A stretch of DNA of 32,736 nt, from the NCBI GenBank assembly GCA_902803035.1, contig CADCON010000009.1:1-32736 (forward strand), given 5' to 3'. Both the position numbers and the translations under genes were made by a program. The notes beneath the pieces are model-generated. The model had not been told where the DNA came from, searched no databases, and saw nothing but the letters and a program-made list of their open reading frames with translations. Numbering within the stretch: position 1 is the first letter of the stretch; the number at the start of each line of letters is the position of its first letter. Positions 16,206-25,900 of the stretch are shown piece by piece. The DNA is from an uncultured Ruminococcus sp. Its GTDB lineage: Bacteria; Bacillota; Clostridia; Oscillospirales; Acutalibacteraceae.

Positions 16206-17099
16206 ATGAGATATTCAAAAGAATGGAAGGATTATGAGCTGATCGACGCGTCTGCCGGCGAAAGGCTCGAACGCTGGGGCGATATCATTCTCATCCGCCC
16301 CGACCCGCAGATCATCTGGAATACGCCGAAGGATAATCCCCTCTGGCACAAGGCTCACGCCCGCTACCACCGCTCTTCTTCGGGCGGCGGAAAATGGGAG
16401 GTCATCAGGCACATTCCGGACGTGTGGCAGGTGCGGTATCGCTCCCTTACCTTTAATATCAAGCCCATGGGATTCAAGCACACGGGTCTTTTTCCCGAAC
16501 AGGCGGTCAATTGGGACGATATGGCGCAAATAATCCGCGGCGCGGGGCGTCCCGTCAAAGTGCTGAATCTGTTCGCCTACACGGGCGGCGCGACGCTTGC
16601 CTGTCTCGCGGCCGGCGCGAACGTCTGTCATGTGGACGCTTCAAAGGGCATGACCCAGTGGGCGCGCGAGAATGCCGCTTCCTCCGGACTTGACAAGCTG
16701 CCGCAGCGTTGGATTGTGGACGACTGCATCAAATTCGTCCAGCGCGAGATCCGGCGCGGCAACCGCTACGACGCGGTCATCATGGACCCTCCCAGTTACG
16801 GCAGGGGGCCGGGTGGCGAGGTCTGGAAGCTGGAGGAGCAGATTTATCCGCTGGTGGAGCTTTGTTCGCAGGTGCTTTCCGACGACCCGCTTTTCTTCAA
16901 CATCAACAGCTACACCACCGGGCTCAGCCCTTCCGTCATGAATTACCTCAACGGCGCGATTCTTCTGCCGAAATTCGGCGGCATGATCACCGCTGACGAA
17001 ATCGGACTGCCCGTCACGGAGACAGGATTGATTCTCCCCTGCGGCGCAACGGCTTCGTGGCGGAAATGCGTGAAAAATGACACGCCGGCTGAAAGCTGA
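16206..17099 (+). CDS. Class I SAM-dependent methyltransferase (RlmI/RlmK C-terminal-like, probable rRNA methyltransferase)
   Basis: KHTGLFPEQ, VLNLFAYTGGATLA (SAM motif I), VDASK, DAVIMDPPSYGRG (motif IV DPP). Substrate not determinable from sequence. Confidence 0.75.
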   Translation: MRYSKEWKDYELIDASAGERLERWGDIILIRPDPQIIWNTPKDNPLWHKAHARYHRSSSGGGKWEVIRHIPDVWQVRYRSLTFNIKPMGFKHTGLFPEQAVNWDDMAQIIRGAGRPVKVLNLFAYTGGATLACLAAGANVCHVDASKGMTQWARENAASSGLDKLPQRWIVDDCIKFVQREIRRGNRYDAVIMDPPSYGRGPGGEVWKLEEQIYPLVELCSQVLSDDPLFFNINSYTTGLSPSVMNYLNGAILLPKFGGMITADEIGLPVTETGLILPCGATASWRKCVKNDTPAES

Positions 17100-17150
17100 C
17101 GCCCGACTCATTCGCGCTTGATTCTAAACATTCACTATCGGGGAAAGAAT

Positions 17151-18041
17151 ATGGAAGATAACATCACCATTCAATATGATCACACGGAAGAATCCCCGGA
17201 GATTCAGATCTCCCTGCAGAACGTCTTCTACGAATATGAAAGCACCGACGAATCTCCGCCCAAGGAGGTGCTGCACGGCATCTCCATCGACATCCGTCAG
17301 GGGGAATTCGTCGCGCTTCTCGGACACAACGGCTCCGGGAAGTCCACAATCGCCAAGCACATGAACGCTATTCTTCTTCCCAGCGGCGGCAAGGTGTTCG
17401 TCGCCGGCATGGATACCGCCGATGAGGCTCTTCTCACCGACATTCGACGCACGGTGGGAATGGTGTTCCAGAACCCGGACAATCAGCTCGTCGCCACCAT
17501 CGTTGAGGAAGACGTCGCCTTCGGCCCTGAAAATCTCGGCGTTCCTTCCGACGAAATGCGGAAGCTGGTTGACGACGCCCTCAAGGCGGTGGGAATGTAC
17601 GAATACCGCCGCCACGCCCCCCATAAGCTCTCCGGCGGTCAGAAGCAGAGGGTTGCTATCGCCGGCATCATTGCCATGCGCCCGAAATGCATCGTCTTTG
17701 ACGAACCGACCGCCATGCTTGACCCGCGGGGACGGCAGGAGGTTATGGACGCGATCGACAATCTGGTGAGAAATCTCGGCATCACCGTCATTCTGATCAC
17801 CCATTACATGGATGAAGCCGCCAGAGCCGACCGCGTGATCATTGTCAACGACGGAAATCTGCTCACCGAGGGCAAACCAAAAGACGTGTTCAGCCACATT
17901 GATATGCTGCGGGAGCATCATCTCGATGTACCACAGGCAACCGAGCTGGCGCAGTATCTCCGCGCAATGGGCTATGACATTCCCGACGACGTTCTCACAC
18001 CGGAAGAATGCGCCCGCGCCATCATGAACGCCCGCCGCTGA
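17151..18041 (+). CDS. ecfA1: Energy-coupling factor transporter ATPase EcfA1
   Basis: ORF 17118 (TTG) trimmed to ATG 17151, with GGGGAAAG upstream. GHNGSGKST, QNPDNQ (Q-loop), LSGGQKQRVAIAG, IVFDEPTAMLD, ITH. Followed by ecfA2 and ecfT. Confidence 0.9.
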   Translation: MEDNITIQYDHTEESPEIQISLQNVFYEYESTDESPPKEVLHGISIDIRQGEFVALLGHNGSGKSTIAKHMNAILLPSGGKVFVAGMDTADEALLTDIRRTVGMVFQNPDNQLVATIVEEDVAFGPENLGVPSDEMRKLVDDALKAVGMYEYRRHAPHKLSGGQKQRVAIAGIIAMRPKCIVFDEPTAMLDPRGRQEVMDAIDNLVRNLGITVILITHYMDEAARADRVIIVNDGNLLTEGKPKDVFSHIDMLREHHLDVPQATELAQYLRAMGYDIPDDVLTPEECARAIMNARR

Positions 18042-18192
18042 GCCATTTTTTTGCAAGCCCCTATCGGGCTTCCATTTACTCATTATCAGGAATACGCCGG
18101 AGAAGCCCCCGCCTGTTCGCCTCCGCAGGAACGCGGCAGGAAGCGGCGAGGAAATCGATTCGGCGTTTCCTTCACCACCCGGAGGTTTTGCC

Positions 18193-19131
18193 ATGGGAAT
18201 TATTGAAACACACGATCTGCGCTTTGTCTACGGCAAAGGCACTCCCTTTGAAAAGGTCGCGCTGGACGGCGTGAGCATTTCGATTGAACAGGGAGATTTT
18301 ATCGGCGTTATCGGACATACAGGTTCGGGCAAATCCACGCTTGTACAGCTTCTCAACGGACTTCTCCGCCCCGCGTCGGGACAGATTCTTCTCAACGGAA
18401 GCGATATCTGGGCAAAGCCGAAAAAAATCAGAAATGTGCGCTTTGAAGTCGGTCTGGTATTCCAGTACCCCGAATACCAGCTCTTTGAGGAAACCGTCTA
18501 CAAGGATATTGCGTTCGGTCCCCTTAACAAGGGTATCAAAAACAAGGACGAGCTGGACAGAATTATCCGCACCGCGGCCGAATTTGCCGGATTGAAGGAG
18601 TCGCTGCTGGAAAAATCTCCCTTCGACCTCTCCGGCGGTGAAAAACGTCGCGCCGCCATTGCCGGTGTGATCGCCATGCAGCCCAAGGTGCTGATTCTCG
18701 ACGAGCCGACCGCCGGACTCGATCCCCGCGGCAGGGACCGCATTCTCGACAGAATCCGCGCTTACCGTGAGAAAACCGGCAGCACCGTACTGCTGGTTTC
18801 CCATTCTATGGAGGATATTGCCCGCGTCGCCGACCGCGTGCTGGTCATGAATCACGGCAGGGTCGAGATGTTCGACGTCACCAAGAATATCTTCAGGCAC
18901 GGAGAAAGACTCTCTGAAATAGGGCTTCGTGTGCCGCAGGTGACGCAGGTCTTCCTGGAACTGAAACATCTGGGCGCGGACGTCCGCACCGACGTCTACA
19001 CAATGGATTTTGCCAAGGGCGTCGCGCTGGATTTTCTCAGCCGCCACGATGCCACCACGGAACAGCCCGACAGACCGCCCGCAGAGAATTCATCTGCCGG
19101 AGAAACGGCGGAAGGAGGTGAGGCACAGTGA
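18193..19131 (+). CDS. ecfA2: Energy-coupling factor transporter ATPase EcfA2
   Basis: GGAGG 8 nt upstream. GHTGSGKST, QYPEYQ, LSGGEKRRAAIAG, LILDEPTAGLD, VSH. C-terminal tail is about 35 aa and rich in P, E and A. Confidence 0.9.
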   Translation: MGIIETHDLRFVYGKGTPFEKVALDGVSISIEQGDFIGVIGHTGSGKSTLVQLLNGLLRPASGQILLNGSDIWAKPKKIRNVRFEVGLVFQYPEYQLFEETVYKDIAFGPLNKGIKNKDELDRIIRTAAEFAGLKESLLEKSPFDLSGGEKRRAAIAGVIAMQPKVLILDEPTAGLDPRGRDRILDRIRAYREKTGSTVLLVSHSMEDIARVADRVLVMNHGRVEMFDVTKNIFRHGERLSEIGLRVPQVTQVFLELKHLGADVRTDVYTMDFAKGVALDFLSRHDATTEQPDRPPAENSSAGETAEGGEAQ

Positions 19132-19946
19132 TTTCCGATATCACCATAGGACAGTTCATGCCGGGGCGTTCCTTCATTCACAAGCTCGACCCGCGCATGA
19201 AGATCATTCTCATGACGGTCATCATTGTCTTTATCTTCCTCGCCAAAAATCTTTTTTCAATGGGGGCTATGGTCGGACTGGTCATCTTGACAGTCATTCT
19301 CTCGCGCGTTCCGCTCAGAATGTACTTCAAGGGGCTGAAAGCCATCTGGTTCCTTGTCTTCTTCACCGCCTTGCTGAATATGCTCTACATCAGGGGGGAG
19401 CATATCGTCTTTCAGTACCGCTCGCTCACCATTTATGAGGAAGCCCTCTGGCAGAGTGGATTCGTGGCGGTCAGGCTTGTGCTGATCGTGCTGATCAGTT
19501 CCATGCTGACTTACACCACCTCCCCCACTGACCTCACCGCCGCCATTGAACGGCTTCTCGCGCCGCTCAAGCTCTTCCGTGTGCCGGTGCATGAGCTTGC
19601 CATGATGATGACCATCGCGCTGCGGTTCATTCCCACCCTTCTCGAAGAAACCGAAAAAATCATGAACGCGCAGAAAGCGCGCGGCGCGGACCTTGAAAGC
19701 GGAGGTATCATCAAGCGGGCGAAGGCACTGATTCCCATTCTCATTCCCCTCTTTATCTCATCCTTCCGCAGGGCGTTTGAGCTTGCCACCGCCATGGACT
19801 GCCGCTGCTACACAGGCGGCAAGGGCCGCACCCGCCTGAATGTCCTGAAATACCGCTTCCGCGATGTTTTCGCGTTCCTGCTGATGGGCGGGATCTGCGA
19901 GGGCATTCTCTACCTCAATACCCTCGCGCCTTCGCTTGTCCGCTAG
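19128..19946 (+). CDS. ecfT: Energy-coupling factor transporter transmembrane component EcfT
   Basis: GTGA overlap with ecfA2. ITIGQFMPGRSFIHKLDPRMKI, multiple TM helices, and the coupling-helix region ALRFIPTLLEETEKIMNAQKARG. Confidence 0.9.
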   Translation: MISDITIGQFMPGRSFIHKLDPRMKIILMTVIIVFIFLAKNLFSMGAMVGLVILTVILSRVPLRMYFKGLKAIWFLVFFTALLNMLYIRGEHIVFQYRSLTIYEEALWQSGFVAVRLVLIVLISSMLTYTTSPTDLTAAIERLLAPLKLFRVPVHELAMMMTIALRFIPTLLEETEKIMNAQKARGADLESGGIIKRAKALIPILIPLFISSFRRAFELATAMDCRCYTGGKGRTRLNVLKYRFRDVFAFLLMGGICEGILYLNTLAPSLVR

Positions 19947-20030
19947 GGAAACGCTGAAGAAGTCGGTTCCCGCACCGCTCAATACCGTATCCTCGCGGCG
20001 TTGCCTGCCCGCGTACATTACATTAACACA

Positions 20031-20070
20031 AAAAAACCTGCTTCCGTTTGCTTCGGAAACAGGTTTTTTC
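20031..20070. terminator. Bidirectional intrinsic terminator between convergent ecfT and the pilus operon
   Basis: AAAAAA-CCTGCTTCCG-tttgctt-CGGAAACAGG-TTTTTT: 9 of 10 bp stem (20037-20046 / 20054-20063), 7-nt loop, with A6 on one side and T6 on the other. Confidence 0.75.
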
Positions 20071-20145
20071 TTTTGTCCCTTCCCGCTTTCAAGCCGGAAG
20101 GATGAATTTCTATCGAAAATCGGACGTCACACGCCCGACGTCACA

Positions 20146-22062
20146 TCAGAACAGCACATACTGGGAGAAGATCACATTCGGAGACTGCGGACGGAATCCT
20201 GTCAGCTCGCAGCGGACGGTGACCCTCTTGCTGCCGCCTATGGTGCAGGTGAAAAGCGTGAGGTCGTAGTCCGAATGCTTCATTTCCTCAATGGCGTTGG
20301 GCACCAGCTCGGTGACTTCCCTCACCCTGTAGGTGAATACATCGCCATTCAGTGCCGTCACGGTAATCTCGTCGTTTTGGGTGAGATTCTTCAGCTTGCC
20401 GAAATGGGACTGGTAGTTATGCCCGCAGATCACCAGATCATCGGTGTACGCCGAGCCTGCATAGCGGCAGGGAGAACGGCGCAGTCCGGGATAGCTCCAC
20501 ACATTTCTGACCGGAAGCTCCAGCGAAAGCGAGGGAATTTCCAGAACCGCCGCGAAATCGGCTCCCTGATAAGTCTTCACAGGCATATCGGTGGTGACCG
20601 AACGGCTGTTGTCCGGCGCGATTCCGGACTGATCGGAGTTCCCGTTTCTGTCGGGAATGAACCGTACCACGCCGACGCATTCTTCCGCCACATCAGAGCC
20701 CGCTCTCATGTCGTCCCAGGAATTGTACAGCACAAGGCAGACCGCCGAGGATACCAGCACAATGCCCGCAAGAAGAACCAAGCCGCTCCGGGCGTCCTTC
20801 TTGTCGGATTTCTTCTTTCTGCCCATGAAGACGCCTGCCATGAATACCGCGAATCCCAGAATCGCCAGTACCGGCACGGGCCACCACAGCATTCCCGTCT
20901 GGGGAAGGATCGGGTCCTTCTTCTGTGTGTCGCTCCCGCCGGGTGAATTCGACGAGGTCGGCGTCTGTGAAGATCCGGAAGGGGTATTGGACGAGCCGGA
21001 GGGTGTATCCGACGAGCCGGAAGGTGTATCCGACGAGCCGGAAGGTGTATCCGACGAGCCGGAGGGTGTATCCGACGAGCCGGAGGGTGTATCCGATGAG
21101 CCGGAAGGTGTATCCGGCTCGTCTGAGGGTGTGCTGGAAGATTCCTCCGGCGGATCGTTGGCTCTCCAGATCGCGTAAACCGTGTATTCCCTGATATCGG
21201 GATAGAATGGCATGGTAGTATAGCCTTCGTCAGCCTCCGGGTCAATATTCCATCCCTCGAAGGTATAACCCGCCGCTTCCGGCTCAGGATCCATCGTCAG
21301 CCTGTAGCTGTTGTACTGCGACGCGCCGCTGCTTCCCCTGACATATCTGATGAGTTCGGTTTCCACCAGCAGCTTTCCGCTGTCAGCCTTGAATATTTCG
21401 GTAAAATCAGCCTGTGCATACGGCATATGCGTGACTGTCGCGCCGCCGATCCGCTCATTGTTGTCGCTGTAATGGATCACGTACTGTTTCGACATAAACT
21501 GCGCCTTGGGGACTACCGTGACGTCATAGCGCCACACGTCCTGCGGCTCAGTGCTCTGGGGAAGATCCCCGAAGAAGGTCGGAAGGCTTACCAGAAACGG
21601 TACGGAGGAATAGGTGTCCTCGTTGGCAAGCTCCAGCGGGTCGCTCGCCACCAGATATATGCCGGTGGAAAGGCGGTCGCCTTCCTCGCTCCTGAATTGA
21701 AGCTGTCCGTTGTCGCCGGTCACGCCCGTGCGCTTCGGCTCCACGCCGGATTCTTCGCTCCTCGCCAATGTGAGCATCTGGAGCGCGACGGTTGCCTGAT
21801 CCTGGTTCCGGTCATACACGCCAGCGAACGGCGCATTAAACCGGAAGGAGCCGGATTTGGTGACGTCGCCGACACGGTATAGATAGAAGGTCGCGCCTTC
21901 TATTGGCTCGTTATTATAGAGATATTGCAGCGTCAGCGTGGTATTTCTGGCTGTGTCTACAATTTCCATGGGATTCGGGTCCGCCGCCACCCGCAGCGCA
22001 AAGACGGAAAGCAGCAGCAGCAGCGACAGACTGATCGACACACTTCTTCTGATTTTTTTCAT
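20146..22062 (-). CDS. Pilin-like LPQTG surface protein fused in frame to a sortase catalytic domain
   Basis: Single 638-codon ORF. Signal peptide (aa 1-27). Pilin D1/Cna-B-like segment (ATFYLYRV, DNGQLQF, GIYLVAS, PFLVSLP). Pilin motif WRYDVTVVPK (K186). Listeria-Bacteroides-repeat-like GYTFEGW...YTVYAIW. (SDTPSGS)x7 stalk. LPQTG (aa 386-390, nt 20893-20907). TM MLWWPVPVLAILGFAVFMAGVFM. Basic GRKKKSDKKDAR. Second TM GLVLLAGIVLVSSAVCLVLY. Sortase domain with VICGHNY (His), LTLFTC (Cys606) and RVTVRC (Arg). Confidence 0.8.
   Translation of the reverse strand: MKKIRRSVSISLSLLLLLSVFALRVAADPNPMEIVDTARNTTLTLQYLYNNEPIEGATFYLYRVGDVTKSGSFRFNAPFAGVYDRNQDQATVALQMLTLARSEESGVEPKRTGVTGDNGQLQFRSEEGDRLSTGIYLVASDPLELANEDTYSSVPFLVSLPTFFGDLPQSTEPQDVWRYDVTVVPKAQFMSKQYVIHYSDNNERIGGATVTHMPYAQADFTEIFKADSGKLLVETELIRYVRGSSGASQYNSYRLTMDPEPEAAGYTFEGWNIDPEADEGYTTMPFYPDIREYTVYAIWRANDPPEESSSTPSDEPDTPSGSSDTPSGSSDTPSGSSDTPSGSSDTPSGSSDTPSGSSNTPSGSSQTPTSSNSPGGSDTQKKDPILPQTGMLWWPVPVLAILGFAVFMAGVFMGRKKKSDKKDARSGLVLLAGIVLVSSAVCLVLYNSWDDMRAGSDVAEECVGVVRFIPDRNGNSDQSGIAPDNSRSVTTDMPVKTYQGADFAAVLEIPSLSLELPVRNVWSYPGLRRSPCRYAGSAYTDDLVICGHNYQSHFGKLKNLTQNDEITVTALNGDVFTYRVREVTELVPNAIEEMKHSDYDLTLFTCTIGGSKRVTVRCELTGFRPQSPNVIFSQYVLF
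20975..21121 (-). repeat. Seven tandem 21-bp repeats encoding the (S-D-T-P-S-G-S)n stalk
   Basis: Plus-strand units CCGGA(A/G)GGTGTATCCGACGAG at 20975, 20996, 21017, 21038, 21059, 21080 and 21101. The inner units differ by 0-2 nt and the outer units are more diverged. Confidence 0.95.
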
Positions 22063-22101
22063 GCTTTTATCGCCTCTGTTTCTCTCATTTTTCTTTATGC
22101 T

Positions 22102-22917
22102 TTATGCTTTATGAATTTTTGTAGCCGCGTATGAAATCATTAGTATCAACAAAAGTCCCGCCAGCGCAATCATTACCGGGTTTCCGTAGAGCATATCCAC
22201 CAACGAGCTGTCCTCGGCAGCCTGCCGCGTTTCGTCGCCGGAGATCCGCCGTCCCCGCACAAGCAGCCTGTGAGTGTTGACCCCATAGGGCGTACAGGTG
22301 ACGAGCGTACAGTAATCCTGCCCCGGCTGAATTCTGAGGGCGTCGGTTTCGTCCGGCCTGACCACCAGAATGTTGTCAACCTCGTAGGTCAGCGTCCGTC
22401 CGAGCGTGGTCAGCGTGAATCTGTCGCCTTTTCTCAGCTTATCAAGATCGGTGAGCAGCTTGGCACTGGGAACCCCCGTGTGCCCCGTGAGGACGCAATG
22501 GGTGCTTTCGCCGCCCACGGGGAGCGAACTGGAGGGAAGATGCCCGATGTAGCTCTCCAGCGTCGCCGCGTCCGTGCCATGATACACCGGCAGGCGGCAG
22601 TTGATGGCGGGTATTTCCACATAAGACATCATACCGTCGCCGGAGATATTCAGCAAGTATTCGTAATCCGACGCGGAAACCGAGGTCGGTTCCCTGTCAA
22701 TGCCGGTGAGATACAATGCCCTGTTGAATTCCTCCGCGCGGCTGAGTTCCCTGTCGCAATCGCCGCTTTCCATGGCGTCCACATTGTCGGCGTACCGGCT
22801 GATGGCTTCGGAACTGCCGCGCTCGCTGAGGTAATTGCTGACTGACGGATAGAGGAACAGGGAGAGTCCCGTCAGTATTATCAGAGCAATAAGTATGGCG
22901 CTTATTCCTTTTTTCAT
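22102..22917 (-). CDS. srtC: Class C (pilus-assembly type) sortase
   Basis: N-terminal TM (ILIALIILTGLSLFLYP), VEIPAINCRLPVYHG, THCVLTGHTG (His), DYCTLVTCTPYGVNTHRLLVRGRR (TLVTC Cys and Arg), and a C-terminal second TM (VMIALAGLLLILMISY), a typical class C feature. AAGGAGAG Shine-Dalgarno upstream. Confidence 0.85.
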   Translation of the reverse strand: MKKGISAILIALIILTGLSLFLYPSVSNYLSERGSSEAISRYADNVDAMESGDCDRELSRAEEFNRALYLTGIDREPTSVSASDYEYLLNISGDGMMSYVEIPAINCRLPVYHGTDAATLESYIGHLPSSSLPVGGESTHCVLTGHTGVPSAKLLTDLDKLRKGDRFTLTTLGRTLTYEVDNILVVRPDETDALRIQPGQDYCTLVTCTPYGVNTHRLLVRGRRISGDETRQAAEDSSLVDMLYGNPVMIALAGLLLILMISYAATKIHKA

Positions 22918-22953
22918 GCAAAGACTCTCCTTGTCCGTGGGATTTGATTTGTT

Positions 22954-25900
22954 TTACTTCTTCAGATATTTCAAAAAGTCGGAGAAATCCGAGAGATCAA
23001 GATCCGCGTCCGCTGTGCGGAGCTTCCGCTTCCTGCTGTCTGACGGCATGAGCCTGAACGCAATGAGCATTCCGCCCGCGACGAGCAGGAAGAGTCCTGC
23101 CGCGATGAAAAGAAGGGTTCCGGATCCTCCTGTTCCAGGAAGCAGCGGACCGGTGTAGCGATTGGTGATTTTGAGCGAGCAGGTGGACTCATCGATTTCA
23201 TAGGAGGAATCGTAATTGTCCACGCTGACTTCGCTGATATGATACTGGTAGTAGACGATGGTTTCTTCCTCTCCGCTCACGATTCTGTCGGCTGCCTTTC
23301 TGTCCTTCAGAACCTTCTGCCACGCGGTCGTCCACGCGGAGGAATCGGAAGCCACAATGGTGATGGTTTCGGTCGCCACCACGGGCTTGCCCGGATCTTC
23401 CATCGTGAGCAGCGACGGCGGAACGGTGGAGCCGTAATTGAGCTGCCGGATGGTCAGGGTGATCTCTTCCGGACGGGAATCGAGGAAGATGAAGTCCTTC
23501 CACACCTTGTTGACCGTAATGTCAACCGGCGTGTCGCAAGGATCCTTGAGATCCACTGTGATGGGAGTGTCGCCCACAATGTTGTCATCAAGCGCCGTGT
23601 CGAGCATCAGAACCGCCATTGCTGGAGACACGTATGCCTTGAGCGGACGGCTCGCGCTGCCGGAAGCGTTATCCTCGGTCGCGTCCTTGAAATCCTCATG
23701 GACGGTGATATCGCCGAGATGCTCCACGATGTAGCGGTTGCAGGATTCGCCGTTGACGGTGACATTCTCGCTTTCCTTGTCGGCGATTCTGGCAGCGTTT
23801 TCCTTCTTGATCATGGTATATCCGCCATTGTCCGCACGGTAAACGCTGAAGCTGTTGCTGTAGGCTTCCGGTTCCCCGCCATCCGCCTCATGATAGCCTT
23901 CGAGGATTTCAATGGTCCTGCTGCGGGTGTTGGTGAAGCCTGTGAAGGGACCGACCTTGGAGGGCTGCCCTTCCCCGGCGGGAGGTGTGCCGCGGATCAC
24001 GTCGCACAGCTCGGTGCTGCAATAGTCGATCACACCCGCGTCATTATAGCCGATAAAGCCGCCGGCATAGCCCAGTTCGTCCACACCGTCCTCTTCGTCA
24101 GTCGCGCGTCCGGCGTAGATATTGTAGCCGTCCGGCACGCCCTTGACGGTGGAATGGGTGAATTCGGCGCGGTTGCCCTCGATCAGCGTAACCGAGATGT
24201 CGGGGGCGTTTTCCTCGTCGATTCCGTTCTCGTCGCAGGGAAGCTTGACGGTCGATGAGCCGATGGTGATGATCGCCGCGTCACGCGCGCCGTTGTATTG
24301 CTCGTCATTCTTGGAAAGCGCGACGCTGATCTTCAGACCAAAGAGGTTGACGGCAGCCACATTGCCCTCCGAGAACACCTGAAGCCCCAGAAGATCGCCG
24401 CTCGCGTTGAAGAAATCCGCGCGCTCCGCCTGATCGAGGTACAGTCCCCGCACCAGCACGTCGACCACCTTGACCAGAATGCCGGTCAGACCGGAGTCAA
24501 TCGCAATGTCAACCAGATAATTGAGCGCGGATCTGCCGGCAAAGCCGCCCGCGTTCTGGGTGCTCCACGCAAACTTGAATTGATCCACGGCGCATTCGTC
24601 AAAATGCGCCATATCGGCATAGCCCACAAAGCCTGCCGCGCAGGAGCCTTTCACGTCGCCGCTGTGCCCGTTGGCCACCTTCGTCTGGATATTGGTGGTT
24701 CTGGTGACAAAGCCGTTGGTAAAGCCGGTCACCGTACAATTCCGGAAGACCGAGCCGGAAACATTGAGCAGTTCCGCGCTGATATTCAGGTCGCCGAGAC
24801 CGAGTCCGTCGAGAGTCGTTTTCAGGGGATCTTCGGGATCCGGTTCCTCGCCTTCCTCGTTCTCTTCGGAGGGCTGAATGCCGAGGGAATCCTCGCCAAT
24901 GCCGCTGCTGGTGCCGCTGAGACCGACGAAGCCCGCCGCGTAATTGGGCGCCTGCGCAAAATTGAGAGTATCGACGGAGGAATTCTCCACCGTGCCGTTC
25001 ATCATCGCGCCGCCGAATCCGCCCGCCGCGCCGCTGAGATTGAGATTGCCGATCGAGCCACGCAGCGACTGGTCGTGAGCTACGATCATAATGCCGTCCT
25101 CAACGCCCGAAACCGTCGCGTGATAGATGTAGGTGCGGAAAATATCGAGTACGCTGATGTCTTCGGTCTGGAGCAGGTGAAGGATATTGGTATTGCCGTC
25201 CTTATCGCCCACTTCGGCGACGCTGCCGACATGAGCCAGTCCGAAGAAGCCGCCCGCGTAATAGGCCGCCGAAACGCCGCGCAGATCGCTGACAATCAGC
25301 GTGCGTTCGGGCGTATTCTTCGCTCCGAAGACCGTCGCTTCGGAGGAGCCGACAAAGCCACCGGCGCAATAGGCGTATTGCGTTTCGTTGTTGCTGTCCT
25401 TGTATTCGCCGTCCACGACAATGCCCCATTCGGTACCCGGAACGCCGGACACCTCCGCCTTGCCGATGACCGTAATGGTCGCGTCAAGTGCGTTCACAAG
25501 CTGCGAGGGATTGCTGATCACGGTGTCGAGAAGCCCCTGTATGAGGCCGTTGGAAGCGTCGCTGTCATCCGCGTTGGCAACGGAAGCCGCTGTGGTCTTG
25601 CCCGCAAAGCCGCCGATGCAGTTCCTGCCGGTGACGGTCTTGCAGTTTCTCACCCACACGCCAAGCTCCGGAATCTGAACCTCGCCGTCGACGCGTCCGT
25701 CTGCGCGGGTGCCGAGCTGGCCGCCGTAGCAGCCGCCGACAAAGCCGCCCGCCATACCGCAATCCACGCTGATGGTCTTGGTGACCGCGTCGTCGCCCTC
25801 GCCCGAAATGATTTTCTCGAAGGTGGGGAGTCCATCCGACCGCACAACCAGTCCGTTCTGGTAGCCGGTCACGCCCGATTCAAAGACAACCGGAGTGAGA

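Noticed and set aside
18042-18192. 150-nt spacer between ecfA1 and ecfA2 with a small AAGCCC/GGGCTT hairpin
   Set aside because: There is no T tract after the stem on either strand and no ORF or recognisable RNA motif. It is probably just an unusually long intercistronic gap.
20123-20145. Direct repeat GACGTCACA x2 immediately downstream of the pilin-sortase stop codon
   Set aside because: Only 9 nt with two copies. It lies in a 3' untranslated stretch before the terminator and is plausibly chance.
20780-20840. Independent start for the sortase half at Met408 or Met413 of the 638-aa ORF
   Set aside because: No Shine-Dalgarno-like purine run lies 5-12 nt upstream of either ATG, and there is no stop codon upstream in frame. 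It is kept as an alternative to test under the fusion finding rather than annotated as a separate CDS.
22085-22105. Three tandem CTTTATG heptamers between srtC and the pilin-sortase gene
   Set aside because: The repeat is very short, AT-rich, and partly the last codons and stop of srtC. Nothing suggests a function.
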